Positions 12,219 to 25,160 of a DNA stretch of 64,000 nt are shown here, piece by piece (the first letter of the stretch is position 1; each line of letters starts with the position of its first letter). Both the position numbers and the translations under genes were made by a program. This DNA is from Selaginella moellendorffii (Eukaryota; Plantae; Lycopodiophyta), in the NCBI RefSeq assembly GCF_000143415.4, contig NW_003314319.1, positions 524,365-588,364 of the forward strand, written 5' to 3'. The notes beneath the pieces are model-generated. The model was not told the origin of the DNA, ran no database searches, and saw only the letters and a program-made list of their open reading frames with translations.

Positions 12219-13825
12219 TTAGCCGGCACCAATTGCCATGGTCAAGTCGAGGTTGGGAGGCCTCCTGTTGCTCGTGTGCTCCAGCTTGAACGTCGGCTTC
12301 GCCATGGATGATCTCTGTGCACTGGCTTGGTTCCAGTGGCGAGTCGACGCAGTCGGACTGGGACTCGGTCTCTCTGGGAATTGCTGATGACGAGAGAAGC
12401 TGCTGGTCGCAGTGCTGCTGCTATTGGGGAGAGAGAGTGAGAGCGTGCTGTCGACGAGCTTGTCGTCGTCCTCGAGCAGCCCCGGCAGACTGATCCGGAA
12501 GTCGAGCACATTGCTTCCAAGCTTGAGCTCTGCGCCGTGAATTTCTCGCGTTGGCTCCGAAAGTGTGCCGCTCTGGAGATTACACATTCTCAGTACTCAA
12601 GCGGCCAAAAGGATATAAACACACTCACTAGCAGCAGCTGTCGGGTTTCCCGCTTGTCGTCGCTTCTGCTGCTAGAGCTACGGTTTATGTCCAAAAAGTC
12701 GAAATTCTCGTACCCGGCAGCAGCATGGCCGCCGTTTCTGACCTCGGACGCTTGCGACACGGTGTCTTTCGGACATTCTCGCGTGCAACTTCTCTTTCTT
12801 CTCCGAAATCCGCCAGCGAGCTCCGGAGCTTGGAGTGCATCGTCCGCGACATGGAACTCGCGTCCCTGCCACTCCCGGAAGCAGCACAATCCAGATCCAT
12901 GATCGCTCACATCTCCTGGCCATGCTATGCACGGGCCGCTCGAAGTGTCACATCTGCTAGTCGCACACAAACTTATTATCATTTCTCGAAGCTTCTTGAG
13001 AACAAAACCATGGACGGATGGAGTTACCTTATGCTCGGGCTGTATCGATTCGTAGACGCGAGTACCGCACCTTGGACCGTTGGCTCTGGATGTAAATGGC
13101 TGTTGTTGTAAAGCGATGAACGCTCGCTTTGGTCGTGATCCGGGAGCACGAACTCGCCTGGAAACCTTGCCGCTCGCGGAGACTGCGAGTCGGATATGCT
13201 CTCTCCATCGGTTTGAGTGTTAACTGCACAGCACGAAGCGTGCAACTATAATGTTATATCATGGATCGAGATAGAACACTGGGATATCATTGGCAGATTA
13301 TAGCCAAACCATACCATTGAAGTTCTCATCGCTTTTCATGCTTCTATACATCTGCAGCAACACCCAGCCGATGAGTACATAGGCAAGGATTTCGCAAAAA
13401 CCATCGACCAACCTGGAGATGGCTCTTGACATGGGCGATGGTGAGGCCTTTGACATCCATGAGCTGAAGAACAAGCTTGGGTGTGGCTCCTGCGATCCAG
13501 AAAAACGAAGTTAGAACACTGAAAAACTGCAGGAGCTCTCGTGACAATGGAAATGAGACTCGGCCATCAAGCGGAAACAAGCATTCTCGGAAATCCTCGA
13601 AAAGGAAACAAGAGAAAGTTTCCAGGAGGAAATTCTTGTTTAAGAAAGATCTCTTTTTTCTCCGCGTGATATCGTGAGTTTTCTCTTCTTGAGATGGAAC
13701 TTACTCTCTTGCCCTCCAAGCCGCTCCACCGCGCTCACAAAGCTGTGGTGAAGATCCGGCGTCCATCTCAGCCGTGGCAATTTTGACCGGACATACTGCC
13801 GTACCGCGCCTCCAGTCCGAGCCAT
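12219..13825 (-). CDS. GARP G2-like (SHAQKYF-class) MYB transcription factor with C-terminal EAR-like motifs
   Basis: VRQYVRSKLPRLRWTPDLHHSFVSAVERLGGQE|ATPKLVLQLMDVKGLTIAHVKSHLQ|MYRSMKSDE, and C-terminal LSLSL and LDLTMAIG. The middle exons are uncertain. Confidence 0.88.
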
Positions 13826-15777
13826 AGCTAATAAGATCCGGCCAAGAAAGAAGCCGACCCCGCCGAGAAGGCCGATCGATGCGGCGATCGGCGGCCGAAA
13901 TATCCTCCTGGGAGCTCGAATCGGGCAGCCTGCTGCTCGCTCAGTCACCGCCGACGGCTTGATCGAGCCGAGCAGGCCAAATTCCCATCTCCCGATGCCG
14001 CTCCAAGAACAAATCGCCACAGCCGCGCCTAGAGATCGCTCTCAATGGTCGCAGCGGCAGCGCGCCCAGCAGCAGCAGCTCCGGCGAAGCGACTGACACC
14101 GAAATCTCGCACGAACCACTTGCGCCGGGGGCACTGCTCTGGCGGGGAGGATCTGCATGGCGCGATGGATCGGATCAAAGAGCTGGGGAAGCGAGCAAGA
14201 AGAAATCCAGCGGAAGACGAAGACGAAAGCCACAAAGAAGTAGTGGGAAAAAGAAGCGGAATAAAAAAGAAAGGGAAATGGGGAGACGAGAAAGGGCGGG
14301 AAATGGGCCACGTTGGCCACAAGTACCGCCCTGCGGCCGTACATGGTCCGCGCACCCCTTCTTTAATCCGGAGTTCGTTAAGACAGTACTTATGTCCTAA
14401 AGCCAGCCCTAAAACGGGTATTTTGGTTTGATGCATTTGTCGGTGTACTTGTACTGGTTTATATTCCATTTCCGTGTATGCGGTATGGATGCGTACTGCG
14501 TAACCCCTGTTGTTGCCTGCGTACCAAAGTGAAGGAAGGAAAGAAGAAACCCTCTTCGTGAGATTCGTTGGTTTTGTTTTTGGGAGCCCCACAGTAGAAA
14601 CAAGAAGCCTTCCATAGTCAAATGCTGGGCCATGCTGAGATTTAAGATTTCAAGACCACAAGAATGAATGAATCCCCTTTTGCATTTGTATATTGCACTC
14701 GCGCCTGCCACCATCACGTAAAATTTTGTATGTGGGGAGATTTTTGAAACGTCACCCTCCATCAACACCAAACAAAACATGATGCATGGAATGAAGTGAA
14801 TTATGAGGAGCAGAAAGATTATAATTCCCTGTTGCTGCTGTTGTTGTTGCTGTTCACCATATCTTGTTGTTCTTTTGTGTTATTTTAGATCTTTCCGTGC
14901 CCAACTACAAAGCATAAGATTGAATCCAAGACCACAAAGGAGAATTGCCAAACAGACATCCTAAGAAAGGTCCAGAAAAGTGGGTCTTGGCTCAATCTCT
15001 GACTTGAAAAACTTCACAGTACCAATTCCAAGGCGCTTGAATACTTAATGCTTGGGAATTTTATTTGTTTGAGCTACAACGCTTGCATGTTAGCTATGCC
15101 CACACGCCCTTGCAACTTTCGTAGCCATACGTCTGCCACAGAGATGCAAAACAAGAAACGAGAAATAAATAGAATTGTATACAAATACCTTTAGAGAAAT
15201 CTTTTGTAATCGAGTGATGCAAAGCCCCATGTTGGACTTCTTTTGCAACGTTTGTATGTTAGGCCATCTCTGTTTGCGATTTTTAATGTGGCCCCCTCCA
15301 TCCTTTTCCTATGCTCGCTACATGCCCAATCCCAAATAGCGCCCATATTTCTAGTGCAATGTTGTTGGTGGCGGGCACCAATCATCCGAAAAACAGATTC
15401 AATGCTGTGAATTCCCAGCTTTGGCATTCGATCACCACAATATGGGCCCGAATATGCGCGTCGTGAACATTCCCTTGCGAACGGAATTAGGGCTGGGGAC
15501 GGACGCTGACGGCTGCCCGTCTCATCCGCCCTGGTAAGTCATAAATGCAGGGGTGGGGCCTGACGTATTTGACGGGCGCCCCTCTCCAGGTTCGTATGTA
15601 CACGAAGAGGGGCGGATTTGAGAGGACAATGCACTGCATTGGCAAGATCTCTCTTTTGCAGGGGCTACCTCGTACGGCATTTGTGGACCAAAAATTAGAA
15701 TATCAGGGTGATGTCCGAAGAATAATTAGGCACCGACCCAGGCTAACATGGTTGCGGCGAGCGTGGATCGAACACGC

Positions 15778-15808
<31 letters not shown>

Positions 15809-15845
15809 CGGTTGTCAGTTTTGATTAGCACTAATGCCTATTTTG

Positions 15846-16306
15846 TTATCTAAAGCTTTTGAGCACTCTGAGCGATGGAGGAGTGATCGATGGAGTTTTC
15901 GGGACTCTACTCACGGTACTGATGCTTTGCCTTGGTCTCTTGGACTGGCTCTGGCTACCGGGCATCCTTCTCTCGACTGTGATGAGATCCCCTTTCTTGG
16001 CTTCTTGCGTGATCTCCGGTAGAAACTTTGTGCCCTGGAAAATGGAAGAATATCAGCACGAAACATCGCGAGAACCCAAATGGGATCACTCACCAGAGCC
16101 TGGGACGCGCCGCCCTCCCGCGCATTGATCACCATGGCGGTGATGTCTTGCAGCGGCCTCCTGGGGAAGTACCAATCCGGCAATGGGCTTCTCCTTTTCC
16201 TGCTCAAGAACACCTCCTCTGCCTCCATCCCTAATCTGGGCTCCGGATCCTCGTTCTCCAGGATCTGTGCGCTGCTCGCGAGATCGATTGCGCTGCTGCT
16301 GGCCAT
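15846..16306 (-). CDS. UVI4/OSD1 (POLYCHOME/GIGAS)-like APC/C inhibitor, 2 exons
   Basis: SPLPDWYFPRRPLQDIT resembles the family D-box motif LPSWYPRTPLRDIT. After a GT-AG intron (~16037-16093) the frame ends SLRVLKSFR*, resembling the RTLMSMR tail. Confidence 0.7.
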
Positions 16307-16912
16307 TGCTCGCAGAGCGACCCCGAGCTGGGATCGCGATGGACAATGCGGGCACGCCAAGAGCAGCGGAGCGAGCGAGCGCGATGGGATCTAGAGACCC
16401 TAAGAGGTTTTGGAGGGCAATTTAAACGCGGCGAGCCGCGAGGGAGGGAAGCGCTCATTCTTTGCGAGGGATTTTCAGTTTCAAGCGGATTTGCGGAAGA
16501 GAGGGAAAATACAAAAACGATGGATGGGGAATCCTGGCTGCTGATTCCCTACTGCATTACTGTCCTTGTCCCCCTTTCAAATGGGAGTATTCTTTTTCCA
16601 AATCAGGGAGGGAAAGTTTGACCTAATATCGTTACCTTGGTTTTGAAAATTTTGCAAGAGAAATATTGAAACGTTCAAAGTTTTAACTGCCAATTCCAGA
16701 ATGACCAGGCGATGGGCGGCCGAGATGCGACGATGCCCTTAGGAATGTCCAGCTGAAGTGCCTCACAAAAAGGGAATGGGAATCGTCCACATACCTCTTC
16801 GCGGTTAAAAGCCCCGGCATTTGTCCTTCCTTCCATCCTCGTGTGATCTGATCCATCCCATTGGAAAGTTCTCTCTCGATCGGTCATCTGATCGATCGCT
16901 GATCGGGGAGCC

Positions 16913-17410
16913 ATGGGATTTTCTCGCTGCCCATCGTTAGCGATTGCAATGGCGCTCGCAGTGCTCGCAGTGGGCACGAATTGTGCGACTGCGCAGCACA
17001 TCCAGGCCTTTCTGGAGGCCCACAACCAGGAGCGGATGCAAATGGGCGTGCCGGCGCTCCACTGGGACGACGAAGTGGCGGCCTACTCGCTGTGGTGGAC
17101 GAACCACCAAAAGGATTACGAGAGCTGCGCGATGAGGCACTCGGACGGTCCCTACGGCGAGAATCTCTTCTGGGGCAGCCCGGGGAAGGAATGGTCGCCG
17201 CATGATGCTGTCAAATCTTGGGTTGATGAGAAGCAGCACTTCAATTACGAGGGGAACAGCTGCGCCCAGATGTGTGGCCACTACACGCAGCTTGTCTGGA
17301 GGGACTCGACGAAATTGGGATGTGCCACCGCGACTTGCCCCAATGGTGACACTCTCATCTCCTGCAATTACGACCCGCCCGGGAATTACATCGGCCAGCG
17401 CCCCTTCTGA
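16913..17410 (+). CDS. PR1: Pathogenesis-related protein 1 (CAP/SCP domain), secreted
   Basis: Signal peptide, FLEAHN, HSDGPYGENL, CGHYTQLVW, CNYDPPGNYIGQRPF. Confidence 0.96.
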   Translation: MGFSRCPSLAIAMALAVLAVGTNCATAQHIQAFLEAHNQERMQMGVPALHWDDEVAAYSLWWTNHQKDYESCAMRHSDGPYGENLFWGSPGKEWSPHDAVKSWVDEKQHFNYEGNSCAQMCGHYTQLVWRDSTKLGCATATCPNGDTLISCNYDPPGNYIGQRPF

Positions 17411-18149
17411 TCCGAACCCCATGGAGCTCTGTTTTAGGTTTATGCGCAAAACCGCGCCAATAATTTGAAACATCATTTAAATATCAGAAAGAAATACGAG
17501 AATCGAAAAAGACTGGTAAATTTTGGTGATGGATGGGCCATGCCAGAAAACCACTACGTAGACTGGTGCGTCCTCGCAATAACAATGCAGTAAGCTTTTA
17601 GTTCCACTTCTTTCAAAAAAGCCCAATAACTTCTCACTCGCAGCTCCTGCCATGCAAAAATTTCTTCACGACTAGTTACGCAAAACCAAATGTTTATTGG
17701 TTCTCAGCGTGAATGCATTCTTGCCGAGAGGCTATGAATTCTTTCTGGATATCGTTCTGGATGATCTCGAGTAAATTGAGAGCGAGGAAAACGAGAACGA
17801 TGGCAGGTCTATATTGAACGAGATAGAACTCAAAAGGATCCCGGGCATAGTTCCCAAAGCTGACCCGCTGCTGCTCTTCCTAAAAACCAGGACGAGAAAG
17901 AACTCGAAAGGAGCTTTCCAAATGCTGCCGCAGGGCTATCTAATCGAGATGTAAGTGCATTGGTAGAGTTCGATCAAGTGGAGGGAGTCCACGCTGAGGC
18001 TACGTGCTTCTAAGGAGATTAATCGAATGTTTTTTTTTTCCATTGAATCTAGAAACATACAATGCAACCTGAAAGAATGCCTCTTCTCTCATGTTCAAAA
18101 CTTTTTCAAGAGTGTTCCTGCTGAACTTCTAACTCTATATAGGAATCCA

Positions 18150-18510
18150 GTTGGAGCTTGACATGCTAGGGAAGAACGTCTCTTGTTCCCGGGACGAGCA
18201 TGGCGAGCCGGCATCGCGGCGCTGCTCAAGAAGGAGTAATCCGGCTGGAGCCCCTGACTACTGCCTACAACCGCGGTCCCGTGTCCATTACTCGCGTGCC
18301 GCGCAGCTGCTGTGCGCCATCGTGATGTCCATTTTGGCGATCTTCCGAGCATTTCCACCGGCGCCCTGTCCTTAAGGCCTCTAGCACGAGCAAGAAACGC
18401 GAGCAAGCGTTCGAGTTCTTCGTCGTTCCAGCCATCAATCCAAAGGCCGCGCTGGATCCGAGATAAGACTTTTGTGTTCTTGCCTCCAGATCGATCGACC
18501 ATCCATTCCA
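18150..18510 (-). pseudogene. Degenerate PLS-class PPR fragment (tentative)
   Basis: ASNGHG...QGLQPDYSFLS...ARHA resembles the PPR consensus AQNGHG..EGVQPDxISFLSVLSACSHAG. The match is interrupted. Confidence 0.3.
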
Positions 18511-18819
18511 TCCATGCACAGGCTACGGTGACTATATCAACTTCTTGTGCGCGGTTCCATTCTCAAGCAAAACCTCTCTAGCAGTTAACTTCTCTGCTAT
18601 GGTGGATTTCATATAGATCCACGCCCGAAAATTCGATTCTTGTACCGGCGCATAAGCCGCGTCGTTGCGCTGCCATGCCCACAGGCTAAGATTTCATTGC
18701 TTTCTACGTGAACGTCTGTCTTTTGGCGCTGGCAGATCTTCGAGGAGAGAGAACATTCCCTTGGTAAAAGAGAAATTTTAACTTTACCAGCCACATTGTT
18801 TCATTCCTTTTGCCTGGCG

Positions 18820-20235
18820 ATGGCGGCGGTGCTTGTGGGATCCAGCGTTAGGGTTCCCAGCGCGGCATTGCTAGGTCACGCTCCGGGCGTGGTGGAGCGC
18901 GGCGCCGCGGCGCGCGAGGAGCGCCTCAAGCAATGGCTGCGAGGTATGACGAAGCACCGGCAGCTGGATTTCGACACCATGGGATTCGGCCGTGGCAGGG
19001 ATGGATTTGGGATGATCGCGTCGGGAGCGATCGACAAGGGCAGTGTTCTTGCCGAGGTCCCGCTGCAAGCATTCCTCTCCGAGAAGACGGCCGAGCGATG
19101 CCGCCTCGTCGGACCGATGCTGCGCAAGAATGACTTCCGGCCATGGCTGACAATGTGCGCGCATTTGCTCGTGGAGAGATCCCGCGGCAAGGAGAGCTTC
19201 TGGCATCCATACATCGCCGCGCTTCCGTCCGTGGACGAGCTCTCGATCAGCCACCCGCTGCTGTGGCCCGCCGAGACGATCCAGGAGCTGCTCCAGGGAT
19301 CTCCGATGCTCGATACGATCGCCACCCGACTAAAGCTTTGCCAGGAAGATCACGAAGCGCTGCTCACGGCCGGGATCGAGAAGTTCCTCCCGGGTGGTGA
19401 AACTCTCAGCGAAGGTGACGTGAGATGGGCCTCGGCCGTTCTTCTCAGCCGCGCCTTCTCGCTGGAGCTCGACGTGGACGACGATTTCGACACGCTGTGC
19501 CTCGTCCCCTGGGCCGACATGCTCAACCATTGCAGCTCCGCCGGAGAGGAGTCGTGCCTCATCTTCGACCAGGACACCAAGACGGCGAGCCTGGAAGCTC
19601 ACAAGTCCTACTCGAAAGGTGACGAGGTGTTTGATTCCTATGGACCCGCACTCACCGGCTCGCAGCTCTTCCTCGACTATGGCTTCGTAGACGACGAGAA
19701 TGAGAACTATGCGGTGGATCTGCCGGCGCAAGTCCTGGGCCCTGTGAGGAGCAGCGCCAACGCGGCTCTGCTCGAGGCGCTGGGACTTCCCGCCGGAGGC
19801 ACGCTTGTTTCCATCGTTCCGGAAGGGGTCGACGAGAGTGTTCTCGCGTGGACGAGGGCGGCCATTGCGAGCCCCCGGGAGCTCTCCGCCGCCGGGTGGA
19901 AGTCCGATGGGAAGTATCAAAAGGCGATTATGTACTTCTCGGAGCCGATCAACCGGGACAACGAGTGCGAGGTGCTGAGGCGATTGATAGCGGCGTGCGA
20001 AAATCTGTGGAGCAAGTATCCCACCAATCTCGAGCACGACTTGCGCGAGTTAACTGGTGGTGAAAGCGACATGCGGACGACAACATGGGCCAGGAAACAG
20101 GCTGCGCTGCGAGCCATTGTCTGCGAGAAGAAAGCGCTCACAGCTGGGAAAACAGTTCTTTGCGGTTTTCTAGAGAAGCTGCGAGCTGGAGCGGCTTTGG
20201 AATCGCTATATGAAGTTGACCGGGAGGAAGGTTAG
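18820..20235 (+). CDS. SET-domain protein lysine methyltransferase (Rubisco LSMT-like), probable plastid transit peptide, intronless
   Basis: GFGMIA, SFWHPYIAALP, SRAF, LVPWADMLNH, SYG...LFLDYGFV and a Rubisco-substrate-binding-like C-terminal domain. Confidence 0.92.
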   Translation: MAAVLVGSSVRVPSAALLGHAPGVVERGAAAREERLKQWLRGMTKHRQLDFDTMGFGRGRDGFGMIASGAIDKGSVLAEVPLQAFLSEKTAERCRLVGPMLRKNDFRPWLTMCAHLLVERSRGKESFWHPYIAALPSVDELSISHPLLWPAETIQELLQGSPMLDTIATRLKLCQEDHEALLTAGIEKFLPGGETLSEGDVRWASAVLLSRAFSLELDVDDDFDTLCLVPWADMLNHCSSAGEESCLIFDQDTKTASLEAHKSYSKGDEVFDSYGPALTGSQLFLDYGFVDDENENYAVDLPAQVLGPVRSSANAALLEALGLPAGGTLVSIVPEGVDESVLAWTRAAIASPRELSAAGWKSDGKYQKAIMYFSEPINRDNECEVLRRLIAACENLWSKYPTNLEHDLRELTGGESDMRTTTWARKQAALRAIVCEKKALTAGKTVLCGFLEKLRAGAALESLYEVDREEG

Positions 20236-21468
20236 CTAAAGTCCACGTCTTATAGCGTGGAGGACAGATTCCTGGGCGGAAAAAATAACACTCCGGAGCT
20301 CGAAGAGTCCAGGAGGAAAAGCAAGCAACTAGGCTGGATGGAAATCGTGCCGTGTCGTTTCGTGGCCAGTGAGAAGATCCGTAAGGTACTATACGAAGAC
20401 TAGCCGCAAGTATGCACAACTTCCAGGAAAGTTTGAAGTTCGACTGTTTGTGGCAACGAAAGATCGATCTGGAACAAGCGGCAAGAATCGAGGTATGCAA
20501 TTGCCTTGCCTTTCATTTTATCTACATGTAAACTCTGTTCTAGATGCCGCTGTTCATAACTGTGGAGATTTTGGAAAGAGGTATGTACGTCGTTTTAACT
20601 TTTCTCGGCTGGAAACACTCCTTTTCATCGCGCAGGCAGACATTATTGATTGAGGCTGGAAGGGTGGAAATCCGTGCACAAACCACCTCGATGTTGCTGG
20701 AGTGGTGCAAAGGTCGGCTATCTTATAGGTAGCCACTATTGACTGGACGAAGCTAGTGTTCTTCGTGGCTATGGCGGTCGAGCGAGAGTACCGGTAGACG
20801 TGGGGGGAGAGAATTTCGTTCGTTGTCAACTTTGAGGTGAGGGAAAATCGTTTCTTCTCTTCGTTGTATTGATTAAATGCTCCTTTTTTTTTGTGTGGTG
20901 GTGGTGGAAACAAGCATGTCCAGTTGTGCGGCATCATCATCAATCGATTGAATAACACGCTGGTTGTGTGGAATTTAGACTAAGTAAATTGGAGGATCGA
21001 TCGATCGATCTTGAGAAGGGGACGAGCAGCTATGGAACCAAACGATTTCTATGGAGTTTTGTGAGGCAAGGAGAATTTTCTCGGCCAGCACATACAAGAC
21101 AAGACCATGGAACCACTCACAAAGAAAAGACGAATCAAAGTGAGATCAAACCATAACAACTATATAGTAACAAAAATCACGCACACAAAACCATGGCTAC
21201 TACCACCTAAAGGAGAAAAAGAGGAAAGGAAAAAAAATATACAATATAAGAAAAAAAAAAGGCCCAGAGTATAAAATGCGGGCATAGGGCGCTCCACAAT
21301 TCCCTTCTTTCGGAGCCTGCCTCCTCTTTGGAGGAGCAGCGCTTTCAATCAATCCCCCTCCAATCAATCAATCCCCCCCCTTTTGCTAGTTTTTTCTCTC
21401 CTCTCCTCCCATTCTTCCTCCTCCATCGCCTCGATTCTCCTCATTTCTTCCCCAGATTTCTCTTCAAG

Positions 21469-22988
21469 ATGGACGCCATGTCTGGACACTACATGCAGTT
21501 CTCGCCATCGGCAATCGCCGCCGCTGCCGCCGCCGCCGCGAGCTCGTCGCCGCATCGAGGAGGCGGCGTGGGAGGCGGCGGATCTCTCCGCGACCGCCCT
21601 TCCAGCTCGCAGTCGCCAGTGTCGGAGCACGAGAAGTAGGTACTTCGACTCGTGTGGGATTTCCTTGGATTTGGATGGGATTCGTGTGGTCGGAGTGTGG
21701 ATTTTGGATGTTTTCTCTTGTTCTTCGTGTTCTTGGTTGGGTGATTTTAGCAAAGACTCATTCTTATCGCGTGTTTTTATAGGTACTTCGCGGAGCTTCT
21801 CGAGGAGCAGCGTAAGCTGGGACCTTTCTCGCAAGTTCTTCCGATTTGCAGCCGGCTTCTCAACGAGGGTAAGTGATCTTTGGCTCACATTTTCTTCGAG
21901 ATTTAGATCTGAGAGCTCGTGAGGCACACAGATGGATGGTTTTGTTTTTTTCCTTCCTTCCTGGACATTTCTTTTTCTTCTTTCTTCCTTTTCGCAATGC
22001 AAGGTTAATTAGTGTGGCGATGAGCTTGCAAGCTATAGCTAAGTGTGCATGGATAGTATTTGACTTCGCAAGCTTTATAAACTAAAAGTCTTGGGTGGCT
22101 CTTGTCTTCTTTTTTAACGCAGAGATACTGCGGATCACGGAATTCGCTAGGAGATGGCCTCAGATCGAGCAGGAATTGGATCGAGGGAGCCCTCTGTCGT
22201 CAATGTCCAACGGTGGCGGATGGTCGGACGTAAGTACGTGCAAACTCGGAGGCTTTCTCATGATCATGTGTTCGGATCTCCAGAGGCTGGGATTCGTCCA
22301 AACGCCGTCTTCTTCGAGTGTGTGGCATGGGAGTCCTGAATCGTCCGCTGGACCGACCTTGAAGAAGACCATCCGGATTGAAGTTCCAGTGGACAAGTAT
22401 CCAAACGTAAGCTCGGTCGGAAGCTTTTCTGGATGACGACCTCTTTGCTTTTTCTTCCAGTTTAACTTTGTTGGTCGGATTCTGGGGCCCCGAGGCAACT
22501 CTTTGAAGCGCGTGGAGTCGATGACGCGATGTCGTGTGTACATACGGGGGCGGGGCTCGATCAAAGACGTTGCGAAGGTGAGTGAGAGAAGTTTCCCTCC
22601 GCCAGGGGCCCGTGCTGAGCAACCTTTTGCAACGCAGGAGGAAAAGATGCGTGACAAGCAAGGCTACGAGCATCTCAACGAGCCTCTTCACTTGCTCGTG
22701 GAGGCCGAATTGCCTGCAAATGTGATAGACTTCTACCTGACCAAGGCCAAGGAGATATTGGAGGATCTCTTGAGACCAGTGGTAGGACTTTCCTCTGTTT
22801 GCTACTGTTCATACTCTTTCTTACATGTTTCCTTACAGGATGAAACCGTTGACCTCGTGAAGAAGGCGCAGTTGCGTGAACTCGCCCTCCTCAATGGCAC
22901 CTTGAGGGAGGAGAGCCCTTCACACATGAGTGGGAGCGTGTCACCATTCAGTAACGCGGGACTAAAGAGGGCAAAGACTCGCAAGTAG
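21469..22988 (+). CDS. KH/STAR (Quaking-like, SPIN1-like) RNA-binding protein
   Basis: [11 protein letters not shown]|[51 protein letters not shown], and C-terminal KRAKTRK. Confidence 0.94.
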
Positions 22989-24031
22989 AAGGAGCCACGG
23001 TGGTTCTGGATGGACGGGAACAAGACACACAGGCGAGCCTCATAACAAAACAGCAACAGCAACACAGCAGCAGCAGCAGCAGCAGCCGAAACCTCTCTCG
23101 ATTTTTTACTCTACGCGCAAGAGAGTGCTCCAAACACGCAAGCAACTAGAGCTGGTGAGCAATCAGTCCGTTTGCCTGGAGTTTTCCCTCGGTTTTCTAT
23201 CTTCTTTTTTTCTCTCTCTTTTTCTTCTTTTCGTCTTTCTACGCTTGCATCTTTCTAAAGTTTTGGGGGTTCTCCTGGGTCGGTCTGTGGTTCCTTTGGT
23301 GTCCCACTAATCCTGTGAGTGTTTCTATAGCCGAGCATCTAGTTTTGTAGCGGTCGTCTACGTATTAGTGATAATACAACAATTTTGTCTTACCAGTCGG
23401 TCGGTCGTCATAGCGGAGTGAGGGAGTTCCGAGTGATCTCTCCTTTAAAAGCAGTCTTCTCTGTATAGAAGCTAAGCTTATTCATTGTGTGAATACTGGT
23501 TGAGAGTTTTGTATGTATGTTAAGAGTGGTGTTGTGTTGTGTGGATGTGTGGTGTGTGTTTGGTTCCTTCATTGTGATTATCTCTTTCCTTCTGGGACGA
23601 TGAACAAGATGATGTTGCTGCTGCCAATTATCTTTCCATCGTTTTTCGTTTTCGTTCATTTTTTCTCTAACATCTTTCTGAGCTAACCATGTCTGGATTT
23701 TTGGAGAGGCTAACTCATGATCCTTCCTCCGCTGCCGCTAAAGCTAACCTTGACGTGAGACGAGGTAACTTCTCTTCTAACAGCTGACTCGGGTGTTTGC
23801 CTGACGAGTTTTCGATTCATCCATTTCAATCGACTGACTCGTGATTATGTTTGTCCCAGATCACGGCAAGAACACAACCAAGATCTGGATCACTGCAAGA
23901 TCTCCCGGAATCAGTACGAAGCGCTTCAGGTTGTGAATTTTCGCGGCACTATATTTTAAACGGGTATATTCGCTCTACAGCGCGCGGAACTTTTTAAAAG
24001 TGAATATTCCTTTCGAATATAACACTTTATA

Positions 24032-24921
24032 TCATGCGTCACGTTTTGAACACAGCCTCCAGCAAAGGCTCGAGGCGATGGCCACGGCCACGACACTGCC
24101 CACGAAGTTCCTGGAGCACAGCATCTCTTTCCAGCTGAGAGGCGCGGTCGTGATCTTCTCCACGAACTCCTGGATCTGCTGCTGGGTGAGCTCCAAAGAT
24201 CCCGAGTTGTCGATCACAATGTCGGCCTTCTCGCGCTTCCAGTCGAGAGATCTCTGGGAGTTGATCCGGTTGCGCGCCTGTTCTTGGGAGAGGCCGTCGC
24301 GGGCGATCAATCTCTCCTCTTCCGTGTCGGCGTCCACCCACACTACCACCACGGGGCTCGTGTAGCGATCCATGCCGGTCTCGAAGAGCAAAGGGACGTC
24401 CAATACCAGCACGGGTGTCCCAGCGATCCAATGCTTGAGGACATCCCAGAGCATAGTTCGAGCAATAACCGGACCCAAGGCTCTGGAAGAAAAAGATTTT
24501 CGAGGCTTAGGAGAAAGAATGATGTTCCTGGCGTGATCTCGAAATATTTTACCTGTCGAGGAGCTTGCGCTGGGCGGGATCCGCGAACACGATGTTGCCG
24601 AGCTTCTCGCGATCGACATTGCCGTCGGGGAGGAGGATGCCCTTGCCGAAAATCTTCAAAACCCTTTTGTAACCGGGCGTGTTCTTGCGCAAGGCGGCCT
24701 GCCAGTCAAGATCAGAGTGGCGGATCGGAGAAAAGGAATGCGCATTTTCGTGTCTGGCGAAGAAATCGCCAAGAATTTCGTCGGGAAGCAGCAAGAAGAG
24801 GGACACTTACGCGTGCGATCTTGTCAGCGTCGACGACAGGCAAGCCGCTGCCATCTCGCAGCTCCTTCGAGACGGTGCTCTTCCCTGACGCGATCCCGCC
24901 AGTCAATCCCACCACTCTCAT
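24032..24921 (-). CDS. COAE: Dephospho-CoA kinase
   Basis: MRVVGLTGGIASGKSTVS P-loop, VVDADKIAR, DREKLGNIVF, VLDVPLLFE, ADIVIDNSG. Three exons. Confidence 0.95.
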
Positions 24922-25012
24922 CGCAAGAGCCCTAAAATAGGTGTCCTGTTATTAGGGTTCTAAAGGCGACCTTTTCCTTCTTTTAAGCGATATCTCTTAC
25001 ATGAAACACGAA

Positions 25013-25085
25013 TCCGTTGTAGTCTAGTCGGTCAGGATACTCGGCTCTCACCCGAGAGACCCGGGTTCAATTCCCGGCAACGGAA
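25013..25085 (+). tRNA. trnE-CUC: tRNA-Glu (anticodon CTC)
   Basis: Acceptor stem TCCGTTG/CAACGGA, anticodon arm CTCGG-CTCTCAC-CCGAG, T-loop GGTTCAATTCC and a downstream T-run terminator. Confidence 0.96.
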
Positions 25086-25160
25086 CTTCTCGCATTATTT
25101 TTACCTCATGTAGAATTTTTTATTTCGAATTTTAGGGTTTAAGCGATCACAGTATGCCCC

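Noticed and set aside
14029-14592. GC-rich ORFs upstream of the GARP gene
   Set aside because: No family motifs; likely 5'UTR/promoter sequence.
23960-24010. Isolated P1BS matches here and at ~55493/55558
   Set aside because: Not clearly in a promoter, and close to the chance frequency for a six-fixed-base motif.
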